DNA of 61,187 nt, from assembly GCA_040901675.1 (NCBI GenBank), contig JBBDYJ010000006.1, positions 1 through 61,187 on the forward strand, in the 5' to 3' direction. The notes under the pieces are model-generated. The model had not been told where the DNA came from. It saw only the letters and a list, made by a program, of their open reading frames with translations, and ran no database searches. This DNA comes from Pirellulales bacterium. Its GTDB lineage: Bacteria > Planctomycetota > Planctomycetia > Pirellulales > JAICIG01. Positions within the stretch are counted from its first letter, which is position 1. The number at the start of each line of letters is the position of its first letter. A program made the translations under genes and the position numbers. Below, piece by piece: positions 28,501 through 35,961 of this stretch.

Positions 28501-30994
28501 AATGGCGGAAGATTTTCAGAACGCCCAGCCGCTGAAGATTGTGCTCGAGCCATGTGCGACACTGTCGGGACGAGTGGTCGACAGCACCGGCAATCCGATC
28601 CAGGGGGCGTGGGGCTCCGCGCAGGCCATACCTGTCCGCCATTTCGACGACGAACCAGCCTACCGGGGAGCGACGAGGACCTTTGTATTCCAACCGTCCC
28701 GGCGGCAACAACGCGTCGCTTTTCATCGAACGGATCAAAACGGCCGCTTCCGGATTGACCTGGTGCCGCCGGGCGTCGGTTACGAGCTTACGATCGGCAC
28801 ATTCGATCGTAAGACTCTGAAGAAAAGAATACCGCCGCTCGACGCCGGGACTTCGGTCGACCTGGGCGATTTGGAGTTCCCCTCGAATACCGAGCCGCCC
28901 AAAGCTGCAGGCGCTGCTGCCACGCAGTCCGACTCAATTCCGCAAAGTAAACAGTCTCCGGGCGGCGACTCGGCTGCACGCGGCGACGCGGAAGAAATCA
29001 ACATCCGCGGGCAAGTGGTTGGGCCGGACGGTGCGCCGGTCGGCGGGATTGCAGTCTATCGGCGAGTTTCGAAAGTGCCGCAGCCGCGCTCGCCGGACGA
29101 TATCGCGCTGCAACAATGTGCCGTCTCGGGGACTGATGGCACGTTTACAGTCAGCATGTTCCCGCGCGACTGGCCCGCGTGGGCCAGCCAAATGCCTCTC
29201 GTTGCCTATCACAAAGGGCATGGGTTGGCGTGGGAGCAGATCGGCCGCCAGCCGGGCAGGCGGGAAGTCACGCTGAAGCTGATAGAAGACGAGCCAGTTC
29301 GGGGGCGGATTCTCGACACGCAGGGACGTCCAGTCGGCGGCGCGAGAGTGCACGTGAATGGCATCTGGGCTCCGAAGAGTGAGACCCTCGACGATCTCCT
29401 TACGGCGTGGAAACAAGAATGGGGACGGGCGCTGCACGAGACGACCCGGCCCTTGCACGTTCCAATGGCCTCGATCCTCGGAGCCACTACGAACGAAGCA
29501 GGGCAATTCGAATTGCGGGGGATTGGCAGGGAACGGATCGCACTGCTGGGCGTCGGCGGCCCGGCCATCGCCCAGAGCGTTCTGCTTGCCGTTACGCGAC
29601 CGGCGTTCGACCCGCAGCCTTACAACGAGGCCATCATCGCACAGACAAGCCCGGAGCTGCGCAGACTGCCCCAGACGCCGCGCTTGGTCGGCCCTGCTTT
29701 CGATCACGTTGCCGAGCCCGAACTGGTGATCGAAGGCAACGTCTACACCGGAGAGAAGCGGACTGGCGTACCGGGCGCTTCGGTGTCCGCCAGCACTGGC
29801 TATGCCAGCACGGCCATCGCGGCCACCGATGCCAAAGGCCGATTCCAATTGCGCGGTCTGCCTCGCGGCGACGAGCGTTTTGTACACATTACCGCACCGG
29901 ATGACGGTGATCTGCTCAAACGGATGGTTTCCATCGGCGCTCCGCCCGGCGAATCGACGGTCCGCTTGGATGTCGAACTGAAGCGGGGAGTCGTCGTCAC
30001 CGGGCGGATCCTCGATCGCCAGACGGGCAACGCGGTCCATGGGAACCTTCGCTTCGCGCCGCTTCCCGACAATCACTACTTTGGACAGCCCGGTTACGAG
30101 TCGTACCAGAGCGGCGACCGAACGACGGCTGGTAGCACGGATGCCACGGGTCAATTCCGCCTGGTAGTGATTCCCGGCCCGGGCGTGCTGATAGCCCAAG
30201 TGACGGGCCGCGAGACCGCTCTTGGCGACCAGCCGTTGAAGCCTTATCGGCAGGCGGAATTCAGCGATGAGGCTCGCCAGCACGTGACAGTGAGTGGCAC
30301 CGGCCACCAGCGCTATTTCACGACCGCCGGCAATTCGATGGAGTACCTCGGCACTGAGAATGCGGTCAAGCGGCTCGATTGCGAACCCGGCAAGGGTCCT
30401 GTCGAATGTGACTTGTACGTCGAGCGAGGTCAGACGGCCGAAGCGCGGATTCTGGACGAGCACGGACAGCCGCTCAGCGGTGCTTATGTTGCCGGGCTTA
30501 CCGAATCGTGGCCCATTGCTTTCCGGCTCCAAGAGCCGACTTGCACCATTTACGCTCTCGATCCGCAGCAGCCTCGCACGGTCATCTTCTATCATCCAGA
30601 CCGGCTGCTGGCGTCCATCGTCGTCGTCCGCGGCGATGAGCCGGGGCCGCTCGACGTGCGGCTGGCGCCGCTCCATGCACTGTCTGGGCGGGCGGTTGAC
30701 ACCAGCGGCGCTCCGGTCGCAAAGGCGGAGGTCCATCCGGAGTTCATCGATAACACGGCCAGCGAGCTGTATCGACTGCTGAAGCTCGATCGCGAGCCGA
30801 GCCGTACCGACGTGGCCGGCCGCTTCCGCCTGGAAAGCATCGTCGGCGGCCTTGAGTTCCGCCTCTGGTTTCAACAGGGGCAGGACCGGTTTGTGAACCG
30901 TGAGAAGCGAGACATGGCCTTGCTAGCGGCGAAAACGGCCGCTGGGGCGGGTGAGGCCGTTGATCTCGGCGACATTACGGTCAACATACCGTGA
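25565..30994 (+). CDS. BlaR1/M56 metallopeptidase with a large carboxypeptidase-regulatory-like extracellular region
   Basis: SAALRHRVW, PMTWG, HELAH zinc motif and WFHPLAW..RIERELACDD, followed by repeated G.V.D..G.P / TD..G.F modules. Confidence 0.9.
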   Translation: MDPATWIRAVWIHTVAGGFEWALIDVAVKATLLMALAILATWLLRRGSAALRHRVWCLTFGALVLLPILSWALPAWRIAILPATPAQPAAAPAAAAMPEPAAAAQAATAKPEVAAVEPQTAWPPMLDGDMRAGADAMVPAGSRGASAFEIPAGELPAAEEMPASRQWWIGATALWLAGALLSAVAFGLSVVGNAWLRVRASRVTDGTWIRLRDELSQRLGLRRPVELLETDLPLVPMTWGIVRSIVLVPLEARGWADCLKRTVLLHELAHVKRFDVGFQMLARLACAIYWFHPLAWYGLRRLRIERELACDDCVLSAGERPSDYASGLLDIARRLRPVGLGAAVAMAQTNNLEGRVRALFDRARSHLPLGPRSARLLLASSALIVAALAVVKPATRAADPSKPDSNTASSDAPAADNPPTDDQRIRGRVVGPDGKPLPEARVLVIRSYTESATWTFTSESVAAVECDADGNFVAEVAGRPDRFASLDNFLNVGTMLVAVAEGFGADWYAVQGEDRDVVLKLERDTVPIEGRVLDLEGRPIAGVNVSVRSIRTASSDLDDWIARARKNPTSIDREAEMTGDDQPEVERFPADNQVKLSGNEPSFRTVTDKKGSFKLKGLGPDRLVKLELDGSGIAKTWLHVMTRRFEGVPLPDRDPRFRIQTCFGARFEMTAEPAQPVQGVVRDADTGDPLAGVEVRLYQYAESLLRVEGFVSAGTDAQGRYVLAGVPKPNHPERKNKLRVVPGVEEPYFRTELEAPKVDRLDPVRCDVALKRGIWIDGRAIDGGTGAGVPGVVSYYPFLDNPAAHDYANFNPGMLSVGSNDRYPTDADGNFRIPGLPGRGIVALIAKDAARYPIGQGAADIADLQKAGANGLNVYHLADGGLATAIREIDVPEDADEFFCQIDVPPLDKQPLLFLDPDGLPLAGVTARGLSPKRTFGAPTPPDGALPTASAELVGIGESKHRMIRLTHEARKLGAMVEVMAEDFQNAQPLKIVLEPCATLSGRVVDSTGNPIQGAWGSAQAIPVRHFDDEPAYRGATRTFVFQPSRRQQRVAFHRTDQNGRFRIDLVPPGVGYELTIGTFDRKTLKKRIPPLDAGTSVDLGDLEFPSNTEPPKAAGAAATQSDSIPQSKQSPGGDSAARGDAEEINIRGQVVGPDGAPVGGIAVYRRVSKVPQPRSPDDIALQQCAVSGTDGTFTVSMFPRDWPAWASQMPLVAYHKGHGLAWEQIGRQPGRREVTLKLIEDEPVRGRILDTQGRPVGGARVHVNGIWAPKSETLDDLLTAWKQEWGRALHETTRPLHVPMASILGATTNEAGQFELRGIGRERIALLGVGGPAIAQSVLLAVTRPAFDPQPYNEAIIAQTSPELRRLPQTPRLVGPAFDHVAEPELVIEGNVYTGEKRTGVPGASVSASTGYASTAIAATDAKGRFQLRGLPRGDERFVHITAPDDGDLLKRMVSIGAPPGESTVRLDVELKRGVVVTGRILDRQTGNAVHGNLRFAPLPDNHYFGQPGYESYQSGDRTTAGSTDATGQFRLVVIPGPGVLIAQVTGRETALGDQPLKPYRQAEFSDEARQHVTVSGTGHQRYFTTAGNSMEYLGTENAVKRLDCEPGKGPVECDLYVERGQTAEARILDEHGQPLSGAYVAGLTESWPIAFRLQEPTCTIYALDPQQPRTVIFYHPDRLLASIVVVRGDEPGPLDVRLAPLHALSGRAVDTSGAPVAKAEVHPEFIDNTASELYRLLKLDREPSRTDVAGRFRLESIVGGLEFRLWFQQGQDRFVNREKRDMALLAAKTAAGAGEAVDLGDITVNIP

Positions 30995-31006
30995 GCGAGA
31001 GCACCG

Positions 31007-32392
31007 ATGGCAAAAACACGCGAGCAACCGGGGTCGCAATGGGAGCGGTACCAGTCCGATGACCACTCCCCTTGGAACTTGAGGCGCGTCGTTCACCTGC
31101 ACCGCCGGGCGGGATTCGCGGCGACGTGGACCGAGCTGGCACGCGACCTGAAGGACGGTCCGGAGGCGGCCGTCGATCGGCTGCTGGACGGCAAGGCGTG
31201 TGACAGCCCGGTTGGCGACTTCGACGCGATCGCCCGGCTGCTGGGGGATGCGGCCGTCGCCTCGGACAATCCGCCACGTCTCAAGGCGTGGTGGCTGTAT
31301 CGCATGCTGTTTTCGCCCGATCCACTAGCCGAGCGGCTGGCACTGACCTGGCACAATCGCTTTGCAACCAGCAACCGCAAGGTGAACAGCGTGGCGCTGA
31401 TGCGCCAGCAGAACGACCTCTTTCGCCAGCAGGGACGGGGGCGGTTCGGCGAGCTTCTGATTGCCGTCGTGAAGCATCCGGCAATGCTGGTCTGGCTGGA
31501 TGCGGACTCGAACCGCAAGGAGCATCCCAATGAGAACCTGGCCCGAGAGTTGATGGAGCTTTTTACGCTGGGCGTGGGCAATTACACCGAAACGGACGTC
31601 AAGGACGCCGCCCGCGCGCTGACCGGCTGGACGGGGCGCAGTGGAGAATTCCGGGAAGTGCCGGAGTATCACGATCTCTTCCCCAAGACGATCCTCGGCA
31701 AGACCGGAGACTTTCATGGCGACGATCTGCTAAGGATCCTGCTCGAACATCCGGCCACGTCGAGGCGCCTGGCCCGCCGAATCTGCGAGCTGCTGATGGG
31801 AGAGGGGATTGCCGGTGACGAGGCCGTCGATCAACTGGCCGCCGGACTGCGCGAGCACGATCTCGAGGTGGGCTGGGCGATTGAAACCGTGTTGCGCTCG
31901 AACGCGTTTTTCTCCGAAGCGAATATCGGCAGCCGCGTGCAGGGACCGATGGAGTTCATGGTGGGGGCGGCCCGGGCGCTGGAACTGTTCGACCCGCCGC
32001 CGAGCACGCTCTTGCTCGCGGAATGGGGCGCGACGCTCGGACAGGATCTATTCCACCCGCCGACCGTCTTTGGCTGGGAGGGCGGCCGTGGCTGGATCAA
32101 CACTCGCTCAGTGATCGCCCGGACCAACTTCGCAGGGGCCCTGGCCCGCGGTTCGCTCTCGAATCCGCCACATCCGCCGGACCTGTTGGCGCTCGCGCAG
32201 CGTCATGGGGCCGCCAGCGACCCGGACGGCCTGCTTGGGTTTTTTGCAAAGCTTTTATTCGGCCTCGAGGACGCCAGTGAATTAAGCCAGACGGTGGGCA
32301 CCGCGCTGGCCGGGGCGGACGAGGTGACTGCTGATTCAGCCGGCCGGCTCGTGGCCGCCCTGCTCGGTTCACCGCGAGCCCAGCTTGGCTGA
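31007..32392 (+). CDS. DUF1800 domain protein
   Basis: HLHRRAGF, PAMLVWLD, PNENLARELMELFTLG and PPTVFGW. Confidence 0.9.
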   Translation: MAKTREQPGSQWERYQSDDHSPWNLRRVVHLHRRAGFAATWTELARDLKDGPEAAVDRLLDGKACDSPVGDFDAIARLLGDAAVASDNPPRLKAWWLYRMLFSPDPLAERLALTWHNRFATSNRKVNSVALMRQQNDLFRQQGRGRFGELLIAVVKHPAMLVWLDADSNRKEHPNENLARELMELFTLGVGNYTETDVKDAARALTGWTGRSGEFREVPEYHDLFPKTILGKTGDFHGDDLLRILLEHPATSRRLARRICELLMGEGIAGDEAVDQLAAGLREHDLEVGWAIETVLRSNAFFSEANIGSRVQGPMEFMVGAARALELFDPPPSTLLLAEWGATLGQDLFHPPTVFGWEGGRGWINTRSVIARTNFAGALARGSLSNPPHPPDLLALAQRHGAASDPDGLLGFFAKLLFGLEDASELSQTVGTALAGADEVTADSAGRLVAALLGSPRAQLG

Positions 32393-32419
32393 GCCGTAAC
32401 AACGAAAGGAACTGATCCG

Positions 32420-33604
32420 ATGACTACGCGACGCGAATTCCTCAAGAGATCGTCGCTGGTGGCCTTGGCTCCCACGGTGCCGGCCTTCCTGGAGAGGGCC
32501 GCACGAGCGACCGAGGCAAGAACGGACGACCGCATACTGGTCGTGATCCAGCTCGATGGGGGGAACGACGGCATCAACACGTTGATTCCGTTGCGGGACG
32601 AGGGGTATGCCCTGCACCGCAAGCAACTGCGTGTGCCGGAGGAGCGAGTGCTGAAGCTCACGGGCGACGTTGGGCTGCACCCGTCGATGCGCGCCGCCGC
32701 CGAGCTGTTCGAAAGCGGGCGGCTGGCCATCGTGCAGGGCGTCGGATACCCGAACCCGAACCGCTCGCACGACGTGAGCATGGCGATCTGGCACACGGCC
32801 CGGTTCGACCGGCGGGACCACAAGCAGTACGGCTGGATCGGCCGCGCGCTGGACGAGTCAGCGGAATCGCGCTTGGCGGGCAATTCGGTGTTCGTCGCGA
32901 ACCAGGCCATGCCCATGGCACTGACGGGGCGGCGATCGGCCGGCTCGAGCCTGACCCGGCTGGATGAGCTCATGGTGCGCAACGAGGCCCCCCGAACCCC
33001 CCTGCCGGACGCCGGCGCGGGGGGCGGCCTGGCGGCCTTCGTCCAGCGGACCGCGCTGGATGCCTACGCCACGGCCGACCTGCTCGCGGAGATTGCAAGG
33101 CAGCCGGCCGCCGAGGACGCTTATCCATCCAGCGAGCTGGGCAATCAGCTCAAGCTGGTCTCGCAACTGATCAAGGCGCCGCTGCCCGCGCGGGTCTACT
33201 ATGCCGCGCAGGGGGGCTACGACACGCACGCAGTCCAGTTGCCCGTCCACGCCCGGTTGTTGCGAGAACTTTCGGATGCCATGGCGGCGTTTCTCAATGA
33301 CCTGCGCCGCGCGCAGCTCGACCAGCGCGTCGTCGTGATGTGCTTCAGCGAGTTCGGCCGCCGCGTGGCCGAGAATGCATCGGTCGGCACCGATCATGGC
33401 ACGGCCGGCCCGGTGCTCGTGGCCGGGGCGCCGGTGCGGGCGGGCCTGCACGGGACGACGACGAGCCTGACCGATTTAGTCGATGGCGACGTGAAGACGC
33501 AGCTCGATTTCCGGCAAGTGTACGCGACGCTGCTGGAGGATTGGCTCGGTTTGCCGTCCGAGGCGGCGCTCGATGGGCGGTTCGAGAAGGTGGGGATTCT
33601 TTGA
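32420..33604 (+). CDS. DUF1501 domain protein (Tat-signal type that accompanies DUF1800)
   Basis: TRREFLK, QLDGGNDGINT, VGYPNPNRSH, GGYDTH and FSEFGRR..GTDHG. Confidence 0.9.
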   Translation: MTTRREFLKRSSLVALAPTVPAFLERAARATEARTDDRILVVIQLDGGNDGINTLIPLRDEGYALHRKQLRVPEERVLKLTGDVGLHPSMRAAAELFESGRLAIVQGVGYPNPNRSHDVSMAIWHTARFDRRDHKQYGWIGRALDESAESRLAGNSVFVANQAMPMALTGRRSAGSSLTRLDELMVRNEAPRTPLPDAGAGGGLAAFVQRTALDAYATADLLAEIARQPAAEDAYPSSELGNQLKLVSQLIKAPLPARVYYAAQGGYDTHAVQLPVHARLLRELSDAMAAFLNDLRRAQLDQRVVVMCFSEFGRRVAENASVGTDHGTAGPVLVAGAPVRAGLHGTTTSLTDLVDGDVKTQLDFRQVYATLLEDWLGLPSEAALDGRFEKVGIL

Positions 33605-33622
33605 AAGAGGAAAGGAGGGGGT

Positions 33623-33778
33623 GAAGGCAGACGGCAGAAGGAGGAAGGTGGAAGGAGGAAGGTGGAAGGAGGAAGGCAGAACAAAGACTGGGGCACGCTG
33701 ACGCTTTGCCACCAGGCACCCGCCGGACCCCATAAATGGGGTCACTACGAACCAGGACCCCATGAATGGGGTCACTAC
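33623..33778. repeat. Heptamer tract (GAAGGNN x8), family A copy and two family E copies (GTAGTGACCCCATTYATGGGGTC)
   Basis: Heptamers 33623-33678; A 33687-33721; E 33726-33748 and 33756-33778. Confidence 0.85.
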
Positions 33779-34575
33779 GAACCTGAATGGGCTGGCTTGG
33801 GGGCGGGGAGGGGGGTGCCGGTCTTGGCGGTGGGGAGCTTGATGGTGAAGGCGGTGCCTTTGCCGAGGCTGCTCTCGACGCGGATGCGGCCGTGGTGCGC
33901 CTCGATGATGTCGCGGCAGGCCGATAGACCCAGGCCGGCGCCCCCCTTGCCGGTGGCGTCGGGCCCGCTCTTGGTCGTGAAGAACGGATCGAAGATCCGC
34001 CGCAGCGCATCGGGCGCGATGCCCGAGCCGTTGTCGCGGACCATCAGTTCGACCATGTTGCCCTGGGCATCGTGGCTGAGGCGGATGATGATCCGGCCGC
34101 CTTGCGGCATCGCCTGGCGGGCATTGACCAACAAGTTCAAGAGCACCTGCTGGATCTGATTGGGGTTGGCCAGGGCCTGCGGCACCGGCTCGATCTGGCG
34201 CTCGACGGTGATGCGGTACTTGCTCAACTCGCGTTCCAACAAGAGCAAGGTGTCGTCGACGACCTTGAACATGTCGGTGGGCTCGAAGGAGCCGGTGCGG
34301 TTGCGGGCGAAGCCGAGAATGCCGTTGGTGATCCGGGCGGCGCGGTTGCCGGCGGCCAGGATCTTTTCGAAAGCTTTTTGGCGGGTTTCCTGGTCCTTGT
34401 GGCGCAGGCCCATCTTGGCGTAGTTGATGATGGTCATCAGCACGTTGTTGAATTCGTGCGTGGTGGTGCTGACCAGCTCACCCAAGGCAGTCAGCCGCTG
34501 CGCCTGGGCCAACCGCTCTTTCAACACGGCCATCTGCTCGTCGAGGCTGGCGTGCGGGCCGCCATCTGTCGCCAT
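33775..34575 (-). CDS. Cytoplasmic histidine kinase lacking a sensor domain
   Basis: H-box TTHEFNN, QQVLLNLLVNA, DNGSGI, FDPFFTTK and GLGL; AGGGGGAG RBS before ATG 34575. Confidence 0.9.
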   Translation of the reverse strand: MATDGGPHASLDEQMAVLKERLAQAQRLTALGELVSTTTHEFNNVLMTIINYAKMGLRHKDQETRQKAFEKILAAGNRAARITNGILGFARNRTGSFEPTDMFKVVDDTLLLLERELSKYRITVERQIEPVPQALANPNQIQQVLLNLLVNARQAMPQGGRIIIRLSHDAQGNMVELMVRDNGSGIAPDALRRIFDPFFTTKSGPDATGKGGAGLGLSACRDIIEAHHGRIRVESSLGKGTAFTIKLPTAKTGTPLPAPKPAHSGS

Positions 34576-34625
34576 GTGCTCCCCCTGGGTAGACGCTTCA
34601 TGGAGTTTCATCGTCGCAATCGGCT

Positions 34626-34653
34626 TTGCAACTGTAGCCGCAGCGGCTATAAT
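34626..34653 (+). promoter_or_regulatory. Putative sigma70 promoter
   Basis: TTGCAA - 16 nt - TATAAT upstream of the small ORF at 34707. Confidence 0.5.
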
Positions 34654-34706
34654 CCCGCGCCGTAAGTCCTAATTGCCATGGAACTTGGCGAATTGGAGAA
34701 GCTAGG

Positions 34707-34910
34707 ATGCACACGGTGGACTTGTTGGAACAGGCGCTCGGGGCCGCCGAGAAGTTGGGTTACAGAATACGGCAGGAATGGCTGGGCGGCAGCGGTGGGG
34801 GCGGCTGCGAGATCAAGGGGCAAAAGTGGATCTTTGTGGACCTCGCGCTCGATCCGCTCGACCAGTTGGAGCAGGTTGCTGAAGTGCTGCGCCGCGAGCA
34901 GGAGGAATGA
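34707..34910 (+). CDS. Small hypothetical protein (67 aa)
   Basis: Protein-like sequence, GGAG upstream, candidate promoter, fills an otherwise empty gap. Confidence 0.7.
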   Translation: MHTVDLLEQALGAAEKLGYRIRQEWLGGSGGGGCEIKGQKWIFVDLALDPLDQLEQVAEVLRREQEE

Positions 34911-35254
34911 AGGGGGGAAGGGGGGAGCCGGGGAAGGGGGAACGGACAAAGCGATGAGGCGATGAGGCGATGAGGCGACAAGGGGGGACAAGGGGAACGC
35001 AGAAGGCAGAAGAACTGGGGCACGCTGACGCTTTGCCACCAGGCACCCGCGACAAGGGGAACGCGGAGGAACGGAAGGAAGAACTGGGGCACGCTGACGC
35101 TTTGCCACCAGCCACCCGACCGGAGGAGATCTTGGTACTTGGTACTTGGAACTTAGAAGGAATCCGAGCCCAAAGTACAAAGGACAAAGTTCTAAGCACC
35201 CTCTTCGGGTCGCCAGAACTCTGGCGAGTCCTGCTACGGGCGAGTCCTGCTACG
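34911..35254. repeat. Repeat-filled convergent intergenic region
   Basis: GATGAGGC x3, two family A copies, CTTGGTA heptamers and family D at 35210-35253 with a 16-bp duplication. Confidence 0.8.
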
Positions 35255-35858
35255 GGCGATAGAGGCCGGCGTGCTGGATGTACTTCTCGACGGCACGCGG
35301 CGTCTGGTAGCGAATGCTCAAGCCGGCGGCGACGCGGCGGCGGATCTCGCTGCTGCTGAGCTCGACCAGCGGCATGTCGACCTGATGCCGGCGGAATTCG
35401 GCCAGGCGAGCTGGCGGCACAAGCGGCGCCAGGCAATCGAAATCGACTTGGGCAGCCCCCGACCGCCGCGCCACCAGAGGAGTTGCCAACTCAAGAATGC
35501 GGCCCGGCTCGCGCCAGGTGGGCAGATCGCGTAGCGAATCGGCCCCCAGCAGCAGGAACAGCTCGCTGCCGGGATACTCGGCGGCCATGGCGGCCAGCGT
35601 GTCGACCGTGTAACTCACGCCGCCCCGGTCGACCTCCATCGTGCCCACCGCGAACGACTCCTGGCCGCCGATCGCCAACTCGAGCATTTCGACCCGCTGG
35701 GCGGCCGGAGCCAACTCGCGATCCAGCTTGTGGGGGGGCACGGCGGCCGGAACGAACCAGACCGTGTCCAACCCGGCGGCCTCCCGGCAGAGCTCCGCCA
35801 GCAGCAAGTGCCCATAGTGCACCGGATCGAACGTGCCGCCGAATAACCCCAAACGCAT
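35250..35858 (-). CDS. nadD: Nicotinate-nucleotide adenylyltransferase
   Basis: GLFGGTFDPVHYGH, PPHK, SYTVDTL, LLGADSL and SSSEIR. Confidence 0.95.
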   Translation of the reverse strand: MRLGLFGGTFDPVHYGHLLLAELCREAAGLDTVWFVPAAVPPHKLDRELAPAAQRVEMLELAIGGQESFAVGTMEVDRGGVSYTVDTLAAMAAEYPGSELFLLLGADSLRDLPTWREPGRILELATPLVARRSGAAQVDFDCLAPLVPPARLAEFRRHQVDMPLVELSSSEIRRRVAAGLSIRYQTPRAVEKYIQHAGLYRP

Positions 35859-35961
35859 ACGCAACTGCTCTCCGGCTTGTCAGCCAACTGCCGTAGTGTG
35901 ATATTGCACGGGCAGCCTTAAGTGTCCGATTTTAAGTGTCCGATTATGGTAGTCGCCCATC

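Noticed and set aside
33345..35436. ORFs translated through repeat tracts (for example 33345-34010, 34647-35180, and likewise 53894-54685)
   Set aside because: Low-complexity translations of repeat DNA that overlap real genes.
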